DNA of 64,000 nucleotides from assembly GCA_017624915.1 (NCBI GenBank), contig JAGAMC010000025.1, positions 14,917 through 78,916 of the forward strand, given 5' to 3'. This DNA is from Oscillospiraceae bacterium. GTDB lineage: Bacteria > Bacillota > Clostridia > Oscillospirales > Oscillospiraceae. The first letter of the stretch is position 1. Each line of letters starts with the position of its first letter. This document shows, piece after piece, positions 46,281 through 57,248 of the stretch. The translations under genes were made by a program, and so were the position numbers. Under the pieces are notes generated by a model. That model was not told where the DNA came from, made no database searches, and saw only the letters and a list, made by a program, of their open reading frames with translations.

Positions 46281-46736
46281 ATGAAGTGTCCGTTCTGTGG
46301 GCATCTGGAAAGTAAGGTCGTGGACTCCCGTCCTGCCGAGGAGGGGGCCAGCATCCGCCGCCGCCGGGAATGCCTTGCCTGTCATAAGCGCTTCACCACT
46401 TACGAGACGGTGGAAAGCCTTCCTCTGGTGGTCATCAAGAAGGACGGCAATCGCCAGACCTTTGACAAGACCAAGCTGCTCAATGGCATGATCCGCGCCT
46501 GTGAAAAGCGCCCTGTGTCCTACGACACGCTGGAGAAGATCGCCGACGAGATCGAGCAGGAGCTGCAGAACTCTCTGGAGCGGGAGACCAGCACCGAGCG
46601 CATCGGCGGTCTGGTCATGGACCGGCTGAAAAAGGTGGACGAGGTGGCCTATGTGCGCTTTGCCTCCGTCTATCGCCAGTTCAAGGACATCAATACCTTC
46701 ATGTCCGAGCTGAACAAGCTGCTGGAAGACAAGTAA
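46281..46736 (+). CDS. nrdR: Transcriptional repressor NrdR
   Basis: MKCPFC, SKVVDSR, IRRRREC..C..RFTTYE, ATP cone, [10 protein letters not shown]. Confidence 0.97.
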   Translation: MKCPFCGHLESKVVDSRPAEEGASIRRRRECLACHKRFTTYETVESLPLVVIKKDGNRQTFDKTKLLNGMIRACEKRPVSYDTLEKIADEIEQELQNSLERETSTERIGGLVMDRLKKVDEVAYVRFASVYRQFKDINTFMSELNKLLEDK

Positions 46737-46792
46737 TGTTAAAAAGCGCCGAAGTCCAGTGGCTTCGGCGCTTTGCTTTGAAAGGGGAGCGT

Positions 46793-47266
46793 ATGATGCA
46801 TCCGATGAGAAGAAAAGACAGACAGCGGGACCGGGATTTCGGTCTGGCGGTCATTGACCGGTGCGAATACGGCACAGTGGCCATCCAGGGGGAGGAGCCC
46901 TATTGCCTGCCGCTGTCTCTGGTGCGGGTGGGAGAGGACCTGTATTTCCACTGTGCGCTGGTGGGCAAAAAGATCGACCTGCTGCGCGAGAACAACGTGG
47001 TCTGGGTCAGCTTTGTGGGGGAGAATACGGCGGCAAAGGATGATTTTACTACCTATTTCACCAGCGCCATGGTGAAGGGAACCGCCGCCGAAGTGACGGA
47101 CGAGGCGGAGAAGATCATGGCCCTTCGTGCCCTGTGCGAAAAGCTGACGCCGACGCATATGCCCGCCTTTGACGCTGCCATCGCCCGCAGTCTGGCTGTC
47201 ACCGGCGTCTGGAAGATCCACATGGATCAGATCAGTGCCAAAGAAAAGGCCGTGCCGGCAAAATGA
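46793..47266 (+). CDS. Pyridoxamine 5'-phosphate oxidase-like flavin-binding protein (NimA-like)
   Basis: MRRKDR, PY.LPLS, LYFHCA..G.K.D, SAMV.G. Confidence 0.8.
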   Translation: MMHPMRRKDRQRDRDFGLAVIDRCEYGTVAIQGEEPYCLPLSLVRVGEDLYFHCALVGKKIDLLRENNVVWVSFVGENTAAKDDFTTYFTSAMVKGTAAEVTDEAEKIMALRALCEKLTPTHMPAFDAAIARSLAVTGVWKIHMDQISAKEKAVPAK

Positions 47267-47292
47267 GATATGATGCCAAAAGAGTCCTGACC

Positions 47293-48153
47293 TCAGTCAG
47301 GACTCTTTTTTGCAGGCGCATCAGCTGTGCGACGATAGACATGGATGTCAAAGCCGATCTCTGTTTCCAGTCGCTCCAGACTCAGCAGCCGGTCAACACC
47401 GGCTTTGGGCGTTTTCCAGGCGTAGGGGGTCATGGCGAACAGGGTGCGGATATCTTCGGGGCTGTCCAGTGTGACGGCATAGCGCAGGGGGACGGCCCGC
47501 AGCCACTGAAAACCGGGGTAGTCCTCCCGCTTGACGGGATTTTCATAGGGGGCGTCATAGAGCACTTGCTTCATCTGCCACAGGTGGCGGGCGGAGGGGA
47601 CGGCATACAGGAAGTGGCCGCCCGGCGCCAACACCCTTGCAAATTCATCCGCGGACAGGGGAGAAAAGATGTTGGTCAACAGGTGGACCGCGCCATCGGC
47701 CAACGGGAGATGGTAGGCGGAGGCCACCGCAAACTCCCCCTGCGGAAGCTTTTTGGCGGCTTTGCGCAGGGCGAATTTTGAAATATCGATGCCGGCCACA
47801 GCGGGATCGCGTCCGGCGGAGCACAGTGCATTGTGCAGCGCGGTAGTATAGTAGCCCTCCCCACATCCGCTGTCCAGCAGGATGGGTGAAGGGGAATCGC
47901 TTGTCAGCTCGACAGCCAGATCGCACAGCGCATCACGGAAGGGGGCGTAGTAGCCCTTGTCCAAAAATGCGCAGCGGGCAGCCACCATATCCTTGTCATC
48001 GCCGGGATTTTTGGAATGCTTTTGATTGGCGGGGAGCAGGTGGGTGTAGCCGGCGGCGGACAGGTCATAGCTGTGGCCCCTGGGGCAGATATAGCGGTGT
48101 GCTTCCTGCGCAAGCCCGGCGGCACACACAGGACAGCGGAACAGACTTTTCAT
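47293..48153 (-). CDS. rlmA: 23S rRNA m1G745-type methyltransferase (RlmA family)
   Basis: N-terminal Zn finger CPVC...C..GHSYD, LDSGCGEGYY, GIDISK, MTPY.WK. Confidence 0.85.
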   Translation of the reverse strand: MKSLFRCPVCAAGLAQEAHRYICPRGHSYDLSAAGYTHLLPANQKHSKNPGDDKDMVAARCAFLDKGYYAPFRDALCDLAVELTSDSPSPILLDSGCGEGYYTTALHNALCSAGRDPAVAGIDISKFALRKAAKKLPQGEFAVASAYHLPLADGAVHLLTNIFSPLSADEFARVLAPGGHFLYAVPSARHLWQMKQVLYDAPYENPVKREDYPGFQWLRAVPLRYAVTLDSPEDIRTLFAMTPYAWKTPKAGVDRLLSLERLETEIGFDIHVYRRTADAPAKKSPD

Positions 48154-48202
48154 GCTTTCACCTCAAGCAGATTATGGGGCAAAACGAGCAAAAAGGCAAG
48201 AA

Positions 48203-48237
48203 AAACCACGCGGAGAAATCCTCCGCGTGGTTTTTAA
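48203..48237 (-). terminator. Intrinsic terminator after glyA
   Basis: aaaaaccacgcggag / ctccgcgtggttttt. Confidence 0.75.
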
Positions 48238-48245
48238 AGGTTGGT

Positions 48246-49493
48246 TCAACCGTTGTAAATGGGGAACTTGGCGGTCAGAGCGGTGGCCTGCTCGCGCAGC
48301 TGGTCGGCCTTGGCGTCGAAGTCGAAGGCGGCCTGCGCGATGAGCTTGCCAACGATCTTCATCTCCTCCTCCTTGAAGCCGCGGGAGGTGACAGCGGGCG
48401 TGCCCACGCGGATGCCGGAGGTGACGAAAGGCTTTTCGGGGTCGTTGGGGATGGCGTTCTTGTTGACGGTGATGCACACCTCGTCCAGACGGCGCTCCAT
48501 CTCCTTGCCGGTCAGCTTGGCGGGACGCAGGTCCACCAGCATCAGATGGTTGTCCGTGCCGCCGGAGACCAGATCCAGGCCCTCGGCGGTGATAGTGTCA
48601 GCCAGCACGGCGGCGTTCTTGACGATCTGCTGCTGATAGGCCTTGAACTCGGGCTTGAGGGCCTCGCCCAGCGCGACGGCCTTGGCGGCGATGATGTGCT
48701 CCAGCGGACCGCCCTGAGAGCCGGGGAAGATGGCGGAGTTGAGCTTCTTGGCGATGTCGGGGTCATTGCACAGCAGCATGCCGCCGCGGGGACCGCGCAG
48801 GGTCTTGTGGGTGGTGGTGGACACCACATCGGCGTAGGGAACAGGGGAGGGATGCACCCCTGCGGCCACCAGACCGGCGATGTGGGCCATGTCCACAAAC
48901 AGGTAGGCGCCCACCTCATGGGCGATATCGGCGAAGGTCTTGAAGTCAATTACACGGGGATAGGCGGAGGCACCGGCCAGGATCATGCGGGGCTTGTGCT
49001 TGCGGGCCAGGTCACGCACCTGGTCGTAGTCGATGTAGCCCTGATCGTTGACGCCGTAGGCTACCATGTTATAGTTCTTGCCGGAGAAGTTCACGGGAGA
49101 GCCGTGAGTCAGGTGGCCACCGTTGTCCAGACTCATGCCCAGAACGGTGTCGCCCAGCTGGCACAGGGCCTGGTACACTGCGAAGTTGGCAGAGGCGCCG
49201 GAATGGGGCTGTACGTTGGCGTACTGAGCGCCGAACAGCTGCTTGGCGCGCTCAATGGCGATGTTTTCGGCAATATCAACGCACTGGCAGCCACCGTAGT
49301 AACGCTTGCCGGGGTAGCCCTCGGCATATTTGTTGGTCAGAACGGTGCCGGCAGCGGCCAGCACGGCGGAGCTGACGATGTTTTCCGAAGCAATCAGCTC
49401 GATATTGCGCTGCTGACGGTCATATTCGGCGCGCACAGCACTGCCGACTTCGGGATCGGCAGCGGTGAGGAAATCGATAACAGACTTGACCAT
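48246..49493 (-). CDS. glyA: Serine hydroxymethyltransferase
   Basis: [48 protein letters not shown]. Confidence 0.98.
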   Translation of the reverse strand: MVKSVIDFLTAADPEVGSAVRAEYDRQQRNIELIASENIVSSAVLAAAGTVLTNKYAEGYPGKRYYGGCQCVDIAENIAIERAKQLFGAQYANVQPHSGASANFAVYQALCQLGDTVLGMSLDNGGHLTHGSPVNFSGKNYNMVAYGVNDQGYIDYDQVRDLARKHKPRMILAGASAYPRVIDFKTFADIAHEVGAYLFVDMAHIAGLVAAGVHPSPVPYADVVSTTTHKTLRGPRGGMLLCNDPDIAKKLNSAIFPGSQGGPLEHIIAAKAVALGEALKPEFKAYQQQIVKNAAVLADTITAEGLDLVSGGTDNHLMLVDLRPAKLTGKEMERRLDEVCITVNKNAIPNDPEKPFVTSGIRVGTPAVTSRGFKEEEMKIVGKLIAQAAFDFDAKADQLREQATALTAKFPIYNG

Positions 49494-49661
49494 GGGAAAG
49501 AACCTCCTGTTAGAATAAAATATATAACAAGGTTATTATAACATTTACCATGAAAAAAACAATGGAGCAAATGGAAAAACGGGGTCGAATTTATGCCGGA
49601 AGTGTGGTAAAATGAACAAACGTGCAAATAGATGCCGCAGACTGCGGGAGAGGTGGCTCAA

Positions 49662-50318
49662 ATGAAGACCAAACAGGACGTTATCTCCATCATTGAACAA
49701 CTGAAGGTGCTCTATCCCGACAGCATCTGCTCGCTGGACTACAAAAAGGACTACGAACTGCTGTTTTCCGTGCGGCTGGCGGCTCAGTGCACCGACGAGC
49801 GGGTGAACCAGATCACCCCCGCCCTGTATGCGCGCTTTCCCACGCTGGAGGCTCTGGCCAACGCGGATATTGCCGAAGTGGAGCAGTATGTCCACTCCAC
49901 CGGCTTTTTCCGGGCCAAGGCCCGGGACATCGTGCTGGCATCCCGGATGCTGCTGCGGGAATACGGCGGGAAAGTGCCCGATAACATGGACGACCTGCTC
50001 AAGCTGCCCGGTGTGGGCCGCAAGACGGCCAATCTGGTGCTGGGCGACATCTACAACACGCCCGGAGTCGTGGTGGCGGACACCCACTGCATCCGCATCA
50101 GCGGACTGCTGGGCCTGACCGACGGGACGAAAGATCCGGCCAAGGTGGAAGCGCAGCTGCGTGCTGTCCTGCCGCCGGAGGAGTCCAACGACTTCTGTCA
50201 CCGGCTGGTCCTTCACGGGCGGGCCGTGTGCATCGCCCGCAGACCCCAGTGTCAGGACTGCACCCTGCGCCCCTGGTGCAGTCACTATCACGCACAACAG
50301 GAAGACCGAAAGGCATAA
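49662..50318 (+). CDS. nth: Endonuclease III
   Basis: LAAQCTD.RVN, LPGVGRKTAN, DTH..R, C..R.P.C..C.L...C Fe-S motif. Confidence 0.95.
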   Translation: MKTKQDVISIIEQLKVLYPDSICSLDYKKDYELLFSVRLAAQCTDERVNQITPALYARFPTLEALANADIAEVEQYVHSTGFFRAKARDIVLASRMLLREYGGKVPDNMDDLLKLPGVGRKTANLVLGDIYNTPGVVVADTHCIRISGLLGLTDGTKDPAKVEAQLRAVLPPEESNDFCHRLVLHGRAVCIARRPQCQDCTLRPWCSHYHAQQEDRKA

Positions 50319-50330
50319 GGAGGCCGAAAT

Positions 50331-51596
50331 ATGTCTTATCGCCCTTTGGCAGATGAAATCAGACCGCTGGAGCTTGATCAGGTGGTGGGCCAGTCCCATA
50401 TCCTGGGCAAGGACGGTCTGCTGCGCCGCATCATCGAAAGCGGCAGCATCCCAAATCTGATCTTCTACGGCCCATCCGGGACCGGAAAGACCACTGTGGC
50501 CAACATTATTGCCCGGAAGACCAACCGCCCCCTCCACCGGCTCAACGCCACCACCGCCTCCATCTCCGATATCAAGGAGATCATGGCCGAGATCGGGACC
50601 TTTATGGCACCGGAGGGCGTGCTGCTGTATCTGGACGAGATCCAGTACTTCAATAAAAAGCAGCAGCAGTCCCTGCTGGAATTTATGGAGAACGGCAAGA
50701 TCACCCTGATCGCATCCACCACGGAGAACCCCTATTTCGCGGTGTTCAATGCCGTACTGTCCCGGTCCACCGTGTTTGAATTTAAGCAGCACACCGCTCA
50801 GGACGTGCTGCCGGCGGTGGAGCGGGGCATTTCCCTTATGGAGCAGCGGCTGGGCGCACAGGCGGAATGCGAGGTGGGAGTGCAGGAGCATATTGCCGCC
50901 TCCTGCGGCGGCGACGTGCGCAAGGCTATGAATGCTGTGGAGCTGCTTCTCACTGCTGCCAAGCGGGAGCAAGGGAAATTGCTTGTCACCCTTGAGGACG
51001 CGAAAATGGTGTCCCAGCAGTCGGCCATGCGCTATGACAGGGAGGGAGACGCCCACTTTGACATCGCCTCCGCCCTGATGAAGTCCCTGCGGGGTTCCGA
51101 CCCGGACGCCGCTTTGCACTATCTGGCCCGGCTGCTTGAGGCGGGGGATATGCTCACCGCCATCCGCCGGCTGCTCTGTTCTGCCAGCGAAGACGTGGGC
51201 ATGGCCTATCCTCAGGCCGTACAGATCGTGAAGGCCTGTGTGGACAGCGCGCTGCAGCTGGGATTGCCGGAGGCGCGGCTGCCCCTTGCCCAGGCTGCGG
51301 TCCTTCTGGCCACCGCACCAAAGTCCAACAGTGTGTGCATGGGCTATGACGCGGCGGCAGCTGACATCCGTGCCGGGCGCACCGGAGAGATTCCGCGCGA
51401 GCTGCAAAATGTTCACGCCGACTCGGCCGGAATGGAGCGGGAGCAGGGCTATCTCTATCCCCATGACTACCCCGGCCACTGGGTCAGTCAGCAGTATCTG
51501 CCGGATGCCATCAAAAATCGCCGGTATTACCAGTACGGTGACAATAAGACCGAACAGGCCGCCAAACGGTACTGGGATGAGATCAAAAAGAAATAA
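50331..51596 (+). CDS. rarA: Replication-associated recombination protein A (RarA/MgsA)
   Basis: RPLADEIRP, GPSGTGKTT, DEI..FNK.QQ, TTENPYF, SALMKSLRGSDPDAA, ASEDVG.A. Confidence 0.95.
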   Translation: MSYRPLADEIRPLELDQVVGQSHILGKDGLLRRIIESGSIPNLIFYGPSGTGKTTVANIIARKTNRPLHRLNATTASISDIKEIMAEIGTFMAPEGVLLYLDEIQYFNKKQQQSLLEFMENGKITLIASTTENPYFAVFNAVLSRSTVFEFKQHTAQDVLPAVERGISLMEQRLGAQAECEVGVQEHIAASCGGDVRKAMNAVELLLTAAKREQGKLLVTLEDAKMVSQQSAMRYDREGDAHFDIASALMKSLRGSDPDAALHYLARLLEAGDMLTAIRRLLCSASEDVGMAYPQAVQIVKACVDSALQLGLPEARLPLAQAAVLLATAPKSNSVCMGYDAAAADIRAGRTGEIPRELQNVHADSAGMEREQGYLYPHDYPGHWVSQQYLPDAIKNRRYYQYGDNKTEQAAKRYWDEIKKK

Positions 51597-51622
51597 CAAC
51601 GCACAAAAAGGAGTCCTGTCAA

Positions 51623-53002
51623 ATGTGGTCTAAAACCGCAGACATTCGCGAATATTTTGGAACAAAAGAACTTTATGCCCGCATGGCCCGTATTGCCATC
51701 CCCGTTTCCCTGCAGTCGCTGATCACGGTGGGTATCAACCTGATGGATACCATCATGCTCAGCGGCATGGGCGATGCCCAGCTGTCCGCATCCTCTCTGG
51801 CCACCCAGTTTATCAACCTGTTTATGATCTGCTGCATGGGCATTGGTATGGGGGCATCTGTGCTCACCTCACGTTATTGGGGTATGCAGGATCTGCACTC
51901 GCTGAAAAAGTCCGTCACGATTATGCTTCGTCTGGTGGCGACTTTTGCAGGGGTGTTTACCATTGCCACCATTCTGATCCCCGGGCTGATCATGCGTATG
52001 TATACCGCCGACAGGGAACTGATCGACTACGGTATTATTTATCTGTATTGGATGGTCCCTACATATATCTGCACGGGTTTAAGTCTGACCTGCACCATTG
52101 TCCTGCGCAGCGTGGGACAGGTAAAAGTTCCCCTGCTTACATCCGTTGCGGCGTTCTTTGTCAATGTGTTCTTTAACTGGGTGTTTATTTTCGGTGAGTT
52201 GGGCGCGCCGCGCATGGAGATCGCCGGCGCGGCTCTTGGCACACTCATCGCCCGTCTGTTTGAGTTGGGCTGTATCTGCGGATATTTCTTCTTTGTCGAT
52301 AAGCGCATCGCCTACCGGCTGAAGCACGTATTTATGAAGTGCGGCGACCTGCTGCGGGAGTATATCCGCATCAGCATCCCCGTGCTGATCAGCGACTCCC
52401 TGCTGGCACTGGGCAACAACGCCGTTTCTATGGTCATGGGCCACATCGGCAAGGCGTTTGTAGCGGCCAACTCCGTGACCATGGTGGTCCAGCAGCTCAG
52501 CTCCGTGCTGACCACCGGCGTGTCCAATGCCAGCGGTATCATCACCGGCCACACCATGGGCGAGGGCGACTTTGACAAGGCACAGAAGCAGGGCTATGCA
52601 TTCTTGTTCATGAGCTTTGTCATCGGCTGCTTTGCCGCGTTTGTCATTCTGCTGCTGCGTGGGCCCATCATTGACTTTTACAAGGTTTCTCCTGAAGCCA
52701 AGGCCATTTCCTGGGAGCTGATGGACGCCATTTTGATCATTGTCATCTTCCAGTCCATGAGCTCCATCCTGACCAAGGGCGTTCTGCGGGCGGGAGGAGA
52801 CACCAAGTTCCTGATGGCCGGTGACATTCTGTTTTTGTGGGTGGCGTCCATTCCGTTGGGATTCCTGTCCGGCCTTGTGTTCCGGTGGCCCGCCTTCTGG
52901 ACCTATACCTTCCTGAAAATCGATCAGATCATCAAGTGCATCTGGTGTTTCTTCCGGCTGCGCAGCGGGAAGTGGATGAAAAAGATCTACTCGGCAAAAT
53001 AA
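51623..53002 (+). CDS. MATE family efflux transporter
   Basis: IAIPVSLQSL, DTIM...MG, N.FFNW.FIFG..G.P.M.IAGAALGT; 12 TM. Confidence 0.92.
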   Translation: MWSKTADIREYFGTKELYARMARIAIPVSLQSLITVGINLMDTIMLSGMGDAQLSASSLATQFINLFMICCMGIGMGASVLTSRYWGMQDLHSLKKSVTIMLRLVATFAGVFTIATILIPGLIMRMYTADRELIDYGIIYLYWMVPTYICTGLSLTCTIVLRSVGQVKVPLLTSVAAFFVNVFFNWVFIFGELGAPRMEIAGAALGTLIARLFELGCICGYFFFVDKRIAYRLKHVFMKCGDLLREYIRISIPVLISDSLLALGNNAVSMVMGHIGKAFVAANSVTMVVQQLSSVLTTGVSNASGIITGHTMGEGDFDKAQKQGYAFLFMSFVIGCFAAFVILLLRGPIIDFYKVSPEAKAISWELMDAILIIVIFQSMSSILTKGVLRAGGDTKFLMAGDILFLWVASIPLGFLSGLVFRWPAFWTYTFLKIDQIIKCIWCFFRLRSGKWMKKIYSAK

Positions 53003-53129
53003 GGGCATGCTGCCGGAACAGAACAACAGAATAAGATGAGCGTGCTGCCCGGACAGGGCAGCGCGTTTTTGCTCACTCCGGGAATAATTCTGTGCGCAAA
53101 GGGCATATCCTATTTTCGGGTGATCAAAA

Positions 53130-53600
53130 ATGAAGAATTGGAAAACATACGCATTCTGGATCCTTCTGGCAGAGGGTGTGGGCGGGCTGTCCGGCTGGCT
53201 GACCCGGGAGGGGACAAAACTGTACAACGAGACTGTGGTGCAGCCGCCTCTTTCGCCGCCCAGCGCGGTGTTTCCCATTGTATGGGGGATCCTGTTCGCG
53301 CTGATGGGGATCGGAGCGGCCCGCATCTATCTTGCGCCGCCTTCCCCCCAGCGCCGGCTCAGTCTGCGGCTGTTTTTTGTGCAGCTGGCCTTCAACTTCC
53401 TGTGGAGCATCGTCTTTTTCAATCTGCAGGCATTTGGCTTTGCCTTTATCTGGCTGCTGGCTTTGTGGGTGCTGATCCTGCTGATGATCCTGGCATTCCG
53501 CAAGGTGGATCCGGTGGCTGCATGGCTGCAAATTCCTTATCTGCTGTGGGTGACCTTTGCCGCCTATCTGAACTTTGGCGTGTGGCTTCTTAACCGGTGA
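53130..53600 (+). CDS. tspO: TspO/MBR family protein
   Basis: Y.....PPLSPP..VFPIVW..L..LMG, QL.FN..WS..FF, PYLLWV.FA.YLN. Confidence 0.92.
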   Translation: MKNWKTYAFWILLAEGVGGLSGWLTREGTKLYNETVVQPPLSPPSAVFPIVWGILFALMGIGAARIYLAPPSPQRRLSLRLFFVQLAFNFLWSIVFFNLQAFGFAFIWLLALWVLILLMILAFRKVDPVAAWLQIPYLLWVTFAAYLNFGVWLLNR

Positions 53601-53635
53601 AAAATGCCCTGCCGCAATTTGCGGCAGGGCGTTCG

Positions 53636-54748
53636 TTATGCTTTGATCAGTTCCAGCACCATCCGTGCGGTGTTGTTGAGATCGTCGATGGAAATCTGCT
53701 CCTCGGTGGTGTGCACCTTGCTCATACCGGTGCCAACCATCAGGGCAGTGATCCCGTGGAGACAGAAATTGTTCACATCGCTTCCGCCGCCGGTGGCGCT
53801 CAGAACGGGAGTCAGTCCTGCCCGGATCATGGCAGCCGACATCTCCTGAATAAACGGATCGTTTTCATCATGGCGGTAGGAGTCGTAGGTCTTGCTGCGC
53901 TCCAGTTCCAAAACAGCTCCGTACTTTTCGCAGGCCAGATGCAGGCAATCCTCCATATGCTTGACCTGCTGCTCCAGCTTGGCAGCATCCCGGCTGCGGC
54001 ATTCCGCGCACATGGTGGCCCGCTCGGCTACGATGTTGGTGGGGTAATCCGCATGGATGGAGCCGATGTTGGCGGTGGTCTCGGGGTCAATGCGCAGCTG
54101 CTTCATGTTGGAAATGGCCTCGCACAGCACCTGAATGGCGCTGATACCCCTCTCCGGAGCGCCGCCGGCATGGGCCTTTCGGCCGATGACGGCGGCGTTG
54201 ATTTTGTACTGGCCGGGGCCGCCCGTCACGATGTAGCCGGGGACACTGGAATCCAGCACAGCGGCCTTTTTTGCGATCACACGGTCATAGTCCATGTGGC
54301 GGGAACCGAGCAGACCGATCTCCTCGCATACGGTAAACACGGCCTGAACGGTGGGGTGGGGGATGTTCTGCTCCACCACGGTGCGCATGGCCTCTACAAT
54401 GGCGACCACGCCGGATTTGTCGTCAGCGCCCAGCACGGTGGTACCGTCGGTGCGGACCACGCCGTCCTCCACCACAGGCTTAACCCCCGCGCCGGGGACC
54501 ACGGTGTCCATGTGGGCGCACAGCATGATGGGATCACCGGGGGCGGTGCCGGGCAGGGTGGCAAAGAGGTTGCCCGTATCGCTGCCGGTCTTGTCCATGG
54601 TGTCATCTACATAGATCTCACAGCCGATGGCTTTCAGATCGGCCGCGATCCGCTGGGCCATATTCTTCTCGTGACCGCTCTCGCTGTCGATGCGGACATA
54701 GTCCAGAAAGGTGTTCAGAAGGCGTTCTTTGTTGATCACGAATGACAA
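53636..54748 (-). CDS. M20 family peptidase (peptidase T-like, YqjE type)
   Basis: CAHMDTV.PG, LGADDKSG, CEEIGLLGS, G..AHAG..PE.G, GGGSD.N, HT..E. Confidence 0.88.
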   Translation of the reverse strand: MSFVINKERLLNTFLDYVRIDSESGHEKNMAQRIAADLKAIGCEIYVDDTMDKTGSDTGNLFATLPGTAPGDPIMLCAHMDTVVPGAGVKPVVEDGVVRTDGTTVLGADDKSGVVAIVEAMRTVVEQNIPHPTVQAVFTVCEEIGLLGSRHMDYDRVIAKKAAVLDSSVPGYIVTGGPGQYKINAAVIGRKAHAGGAPERGISAIQVLCEAISNMKQLRIDPETTANIGSIHADYPTNIVAERATMCAECRSRDAAKLEQQVKHMEDCLHLACEKYGAVLELERSKTYDSYRHDENDPFIQEMSAAMIRAGLTPVLSATGGGSDVNNFCLHGITALMVGTGMSKVHTTEEQISIDDLNNTARMVLELIKA

Positions 54749-54781
54749 CTCCTTTTCAGTGCTTATTGTGGCGGATATTTA

Positions 54782-56347
54782 TCAGGCGGCGGGGTAGAAC
54801 AGGCTGGTCTCGATGCCGATAGGCAGACCGAGGGTCAGCCAAATGATCAGGAAGATGGTCCAGCAGATCAGGAAGCATACGGAGTAGGGCAGCATGGTGG
54901 CGGTGATGGTACCGATGCCGGCCTTCTTATCGTAGCGCTGGGCGAACATGATGATAACAGCGTAGTAGGTCATCATGGGAGTGATAATGTTGGTGCAGGA
55001 GTCGCCGATACGGTAGACCAGCTGGCACAGCTCGGGGCTGTAGCCCAGCAGCATGAACATGGGGACAAAGACAGGAGCGAGGATATTCCACTTGGCGGAG
55101 GCGGAGCCCATGAACAGATTCATGAAAGCGGAGAACAGGACGAAGATGACCGCCAGAGGGATCAGACCGATGTTGATGGATTCCAGGAAGGAGGCGCCGG
55201 ACAGGGCGATGATGGTGCCCAGCTTGGTGTACTCAAAGTACTTGATGAACTGAGCGGACACAAAAGCCAGAGCCAGGAAGGCCCCCATGCTGGCCATGGC
55301 CTTGCTCATGGAGTTGGCAACATCCTTGTTGTTCTTGAAGGTGCCCACGGACAGACCGTAGGTCACGCCGGGCACGAAGAACAGCAGGGCGATGAGCACC
55401 ACAATGCTGTCGATGAGGGGGGTCTTGCCCAGCAGCTGACCGTCGGCATTGCGGAAGAAGGAGTCGGAGGGGATGCAGGCGGCCACGATGAGCGCAACAA
55501 AAATCAGTGCGGCGATGCCGGCGTTGCGCAGACCCTTCTTCTCGGTGTCGGTCACAGTGGTCAGGGATTCGTCTTCTTCACCCTCCAGCTCGCCGTTGTA
55601 GGCACCCAGACGGGGCTCAACCACCTTGTCGGTGATGATGGTGCCCAGAATGGTCAGCAGCACGGTGGAGGCGCACATAAAGAAGTAGTTGCCCATGACC
55701 TGCACCTCGTAGGTGGGGTCAATAATGGACACGGCGGCCTGGTTGATGCCGGCCAGCAGGGGATCCAGAGTGCCTACAACCAGGTTGGCGGAGAAGCCGC
55801 CGGACACACCGGCAAAGGCGGCGGCCAGACCGGCGATGGGGTGGCGGCCGCAGGCGCGGAATACCATGGCGCCCAGAGGGATCAGGATCACGTAGCCGGA
55901 GTCGGAGGCCACATTGGACATGATGCCCAGAAACACCATCATGGGGGTCAGCAGCATCTTGGGGGTGACGCGAACTACGTTTTTGAGCAGGGAATTGATC
56001 ATACCGGACTGTTCGGCAACGCCCACGCCCAGCATGGCAACCAGTACCATGCCAAGGGGAGCGTAGGTGGTGAAATTGTTCACAGCGGAGGTGAACATAT
56101 AAGCGAGACCTTCCTTGGTCAAAAGGCTTACGGCGGTGACGGTGGTCTCTTTCAATTCTCCGCCGGACACCAGATTACCGGTAGCGGACACGCCAAAAGC
56201 AGCGCACACGGCGGAAATGACCACAATGGCCAGCGCGAAGATGGCAAACAGGACTACGGGATGGGGCAGACCGTTACCGACCCGCTCGATGCCGTTCAGG
56301 CAGCGGTTGTAAAGGCTGACCCTGGTGGTTTCGGACTTTTTCTGCAT
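54782..56347 (-). CDS. abgT: AbgT family transporter
   Basis: IERVGN.LPHP, PLG.VLVAMLG.GVAE.SG, GRHP.AG.AAAFA.VSGG, RIGDS.TN.ITP. Confidence 0.92.
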   Translation of the reverse strand: MQKKSETTRVSLYNRCLNGIERVGNGLPHPVVLFAIFALAIVVISAVCAAFGVSATGNLVSGGELKETTVTAVSLLTKEGLAYMFTSAVNNFTTYAPLGMVLVAMLGVGVAEQSGMINSLLKNVVRVTPKMLLTPMMVFLGIMSNVASDSGYVILIPLGAMVFRACGRHPIAGLAAAFAGVSGGFSANLVVGTLDPLLAGINQAAVSIIDPTYEVQVMGNYFFMCASTVLLTILGTIITDKVVEPRLGAYNGELEGEEDESLTTVTDTEKKGLRNAGIAALIFVALIVAACIPSDSFFRNADGQLLGKTPLIDSIVVLIALLFFVPGVTYGLSVGTFKNNKDVANSMSKAMASMGAFLALAFVSAQFIKYFEYTKLGTIIALSGASFLESINIGLIPLAVIFVLFSAFMNLFMGSASAKWNILAPVFVPMFMLLGYSPELCQLVYRIGDSCTNIITPMMTYYAVIIMFAQRYDKKAGIGTITATMLPYSVCFLICWTIFLIIWLTLGLPIGIETSLFYPAA

Positions 56348-56580
56348 TTGTCTCTCTCCTTGTTTTTAGTGTGTCCCGGTAAGGGGAAACTCCCGGACGC
56401 AGATATAGTAAATATAGCATGTGCGGTTGAATTTCGTCAATCTTTTCAAGCGCCATATACTTTTTCCTTTGTTTGGTTGTCCAACTTGCCCTACGGCGGC
56501 TTTGATGGTATAATACATGACATGGACTGGTGCTGCCGCACCGGTTTGATACGGGAATCTATATCTTTTCAGGTGAGCTT

Positions 56581-57213
56581 ATGAAACTGTTTTGTCTGGG
56601 GGACAGCCTGACCTTTGGGTTTGGCGTGTCCCGCAATATGCGCTGGACCACCCTTGTGGAGCGGGAGGCAGGCTGGCAGGTGGTCAACCGGGGCATAAAC
56701 GGAGATACCACCGGCGGTATGCTGGCCCGCCTCGGACCGGAGGTGCTGGATGCTGTGGGCAATGACCGTGCACAGCGGCTGGAGAGCCGGATCCTGATCA
56801 TGGGCGGAAGCAACGACGTGTTTTTCGGCGGTACGGACGCCGCCGCCCGGGCCAATATGGCGGCCATGTGCCAGCGGCTCATGGGGGAGGGGCTGGAGCC
56901 TTTTGTGGGTATCTCTCTGCCTGTGGACTGGACCCGGGCACCGCGCCAGTGGGCTCAGGTGGTGGATTTTGAACGGGCGGCCCGGCTTATGACAGATTAC
57001 TGCGCATGGCTCAAACAGTTCTGCGATGTATTCGGCCTGACTGTTGTGGACTTTGCCCGGGATTTTGTTCTTCCCGACGGCACGCCCCGGCACGAGCTGT
57101 TCTGGGACGGCCTGCATCCCAATGCACAGGGACACCGCCTTATGGCCGACCGCATGATCCGGGCCCTTCAGCCCGCACCCATGCAGCCCGGTGCCGGTAA
57201 TACACAGATCTGA
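56581..57213 (+). CDS. SGNH/GDSL hydrolase family protein
   Basis: LGDSLTFG, NRGINGDTT..ML.R, MGGSND, DGLHPN..GH. Confidence 0.9.
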   Translation: MKLFCLGDSLTFGFGVSRNMRWTTLVEREAGWQVVNRGINGDTTGGMLARLGPEVLDAVGNDRAQRLESRILIMGGSNDVFFGGTDAAARANMAAMCQRLMGEGLEPFVGISLPVDWTRAPRQWAQVVDFERAARLMTDYCAWLKQFCDVFGLTVVDFARDFVLPDGTPRHELFWDGLHPNAQGHRLMADRMIRALQPAPMQPGAGNTQI

Positions 57214-57248
57214 ATAATCAACATATTTTGATTTTTGGGGGTCGTTTT

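Noticed and set aside
49494-49631. ZTP or glycine riboswitch upstream of glyA
   Set aside because: Short AT-rich region with no recognisable aptamer stems.
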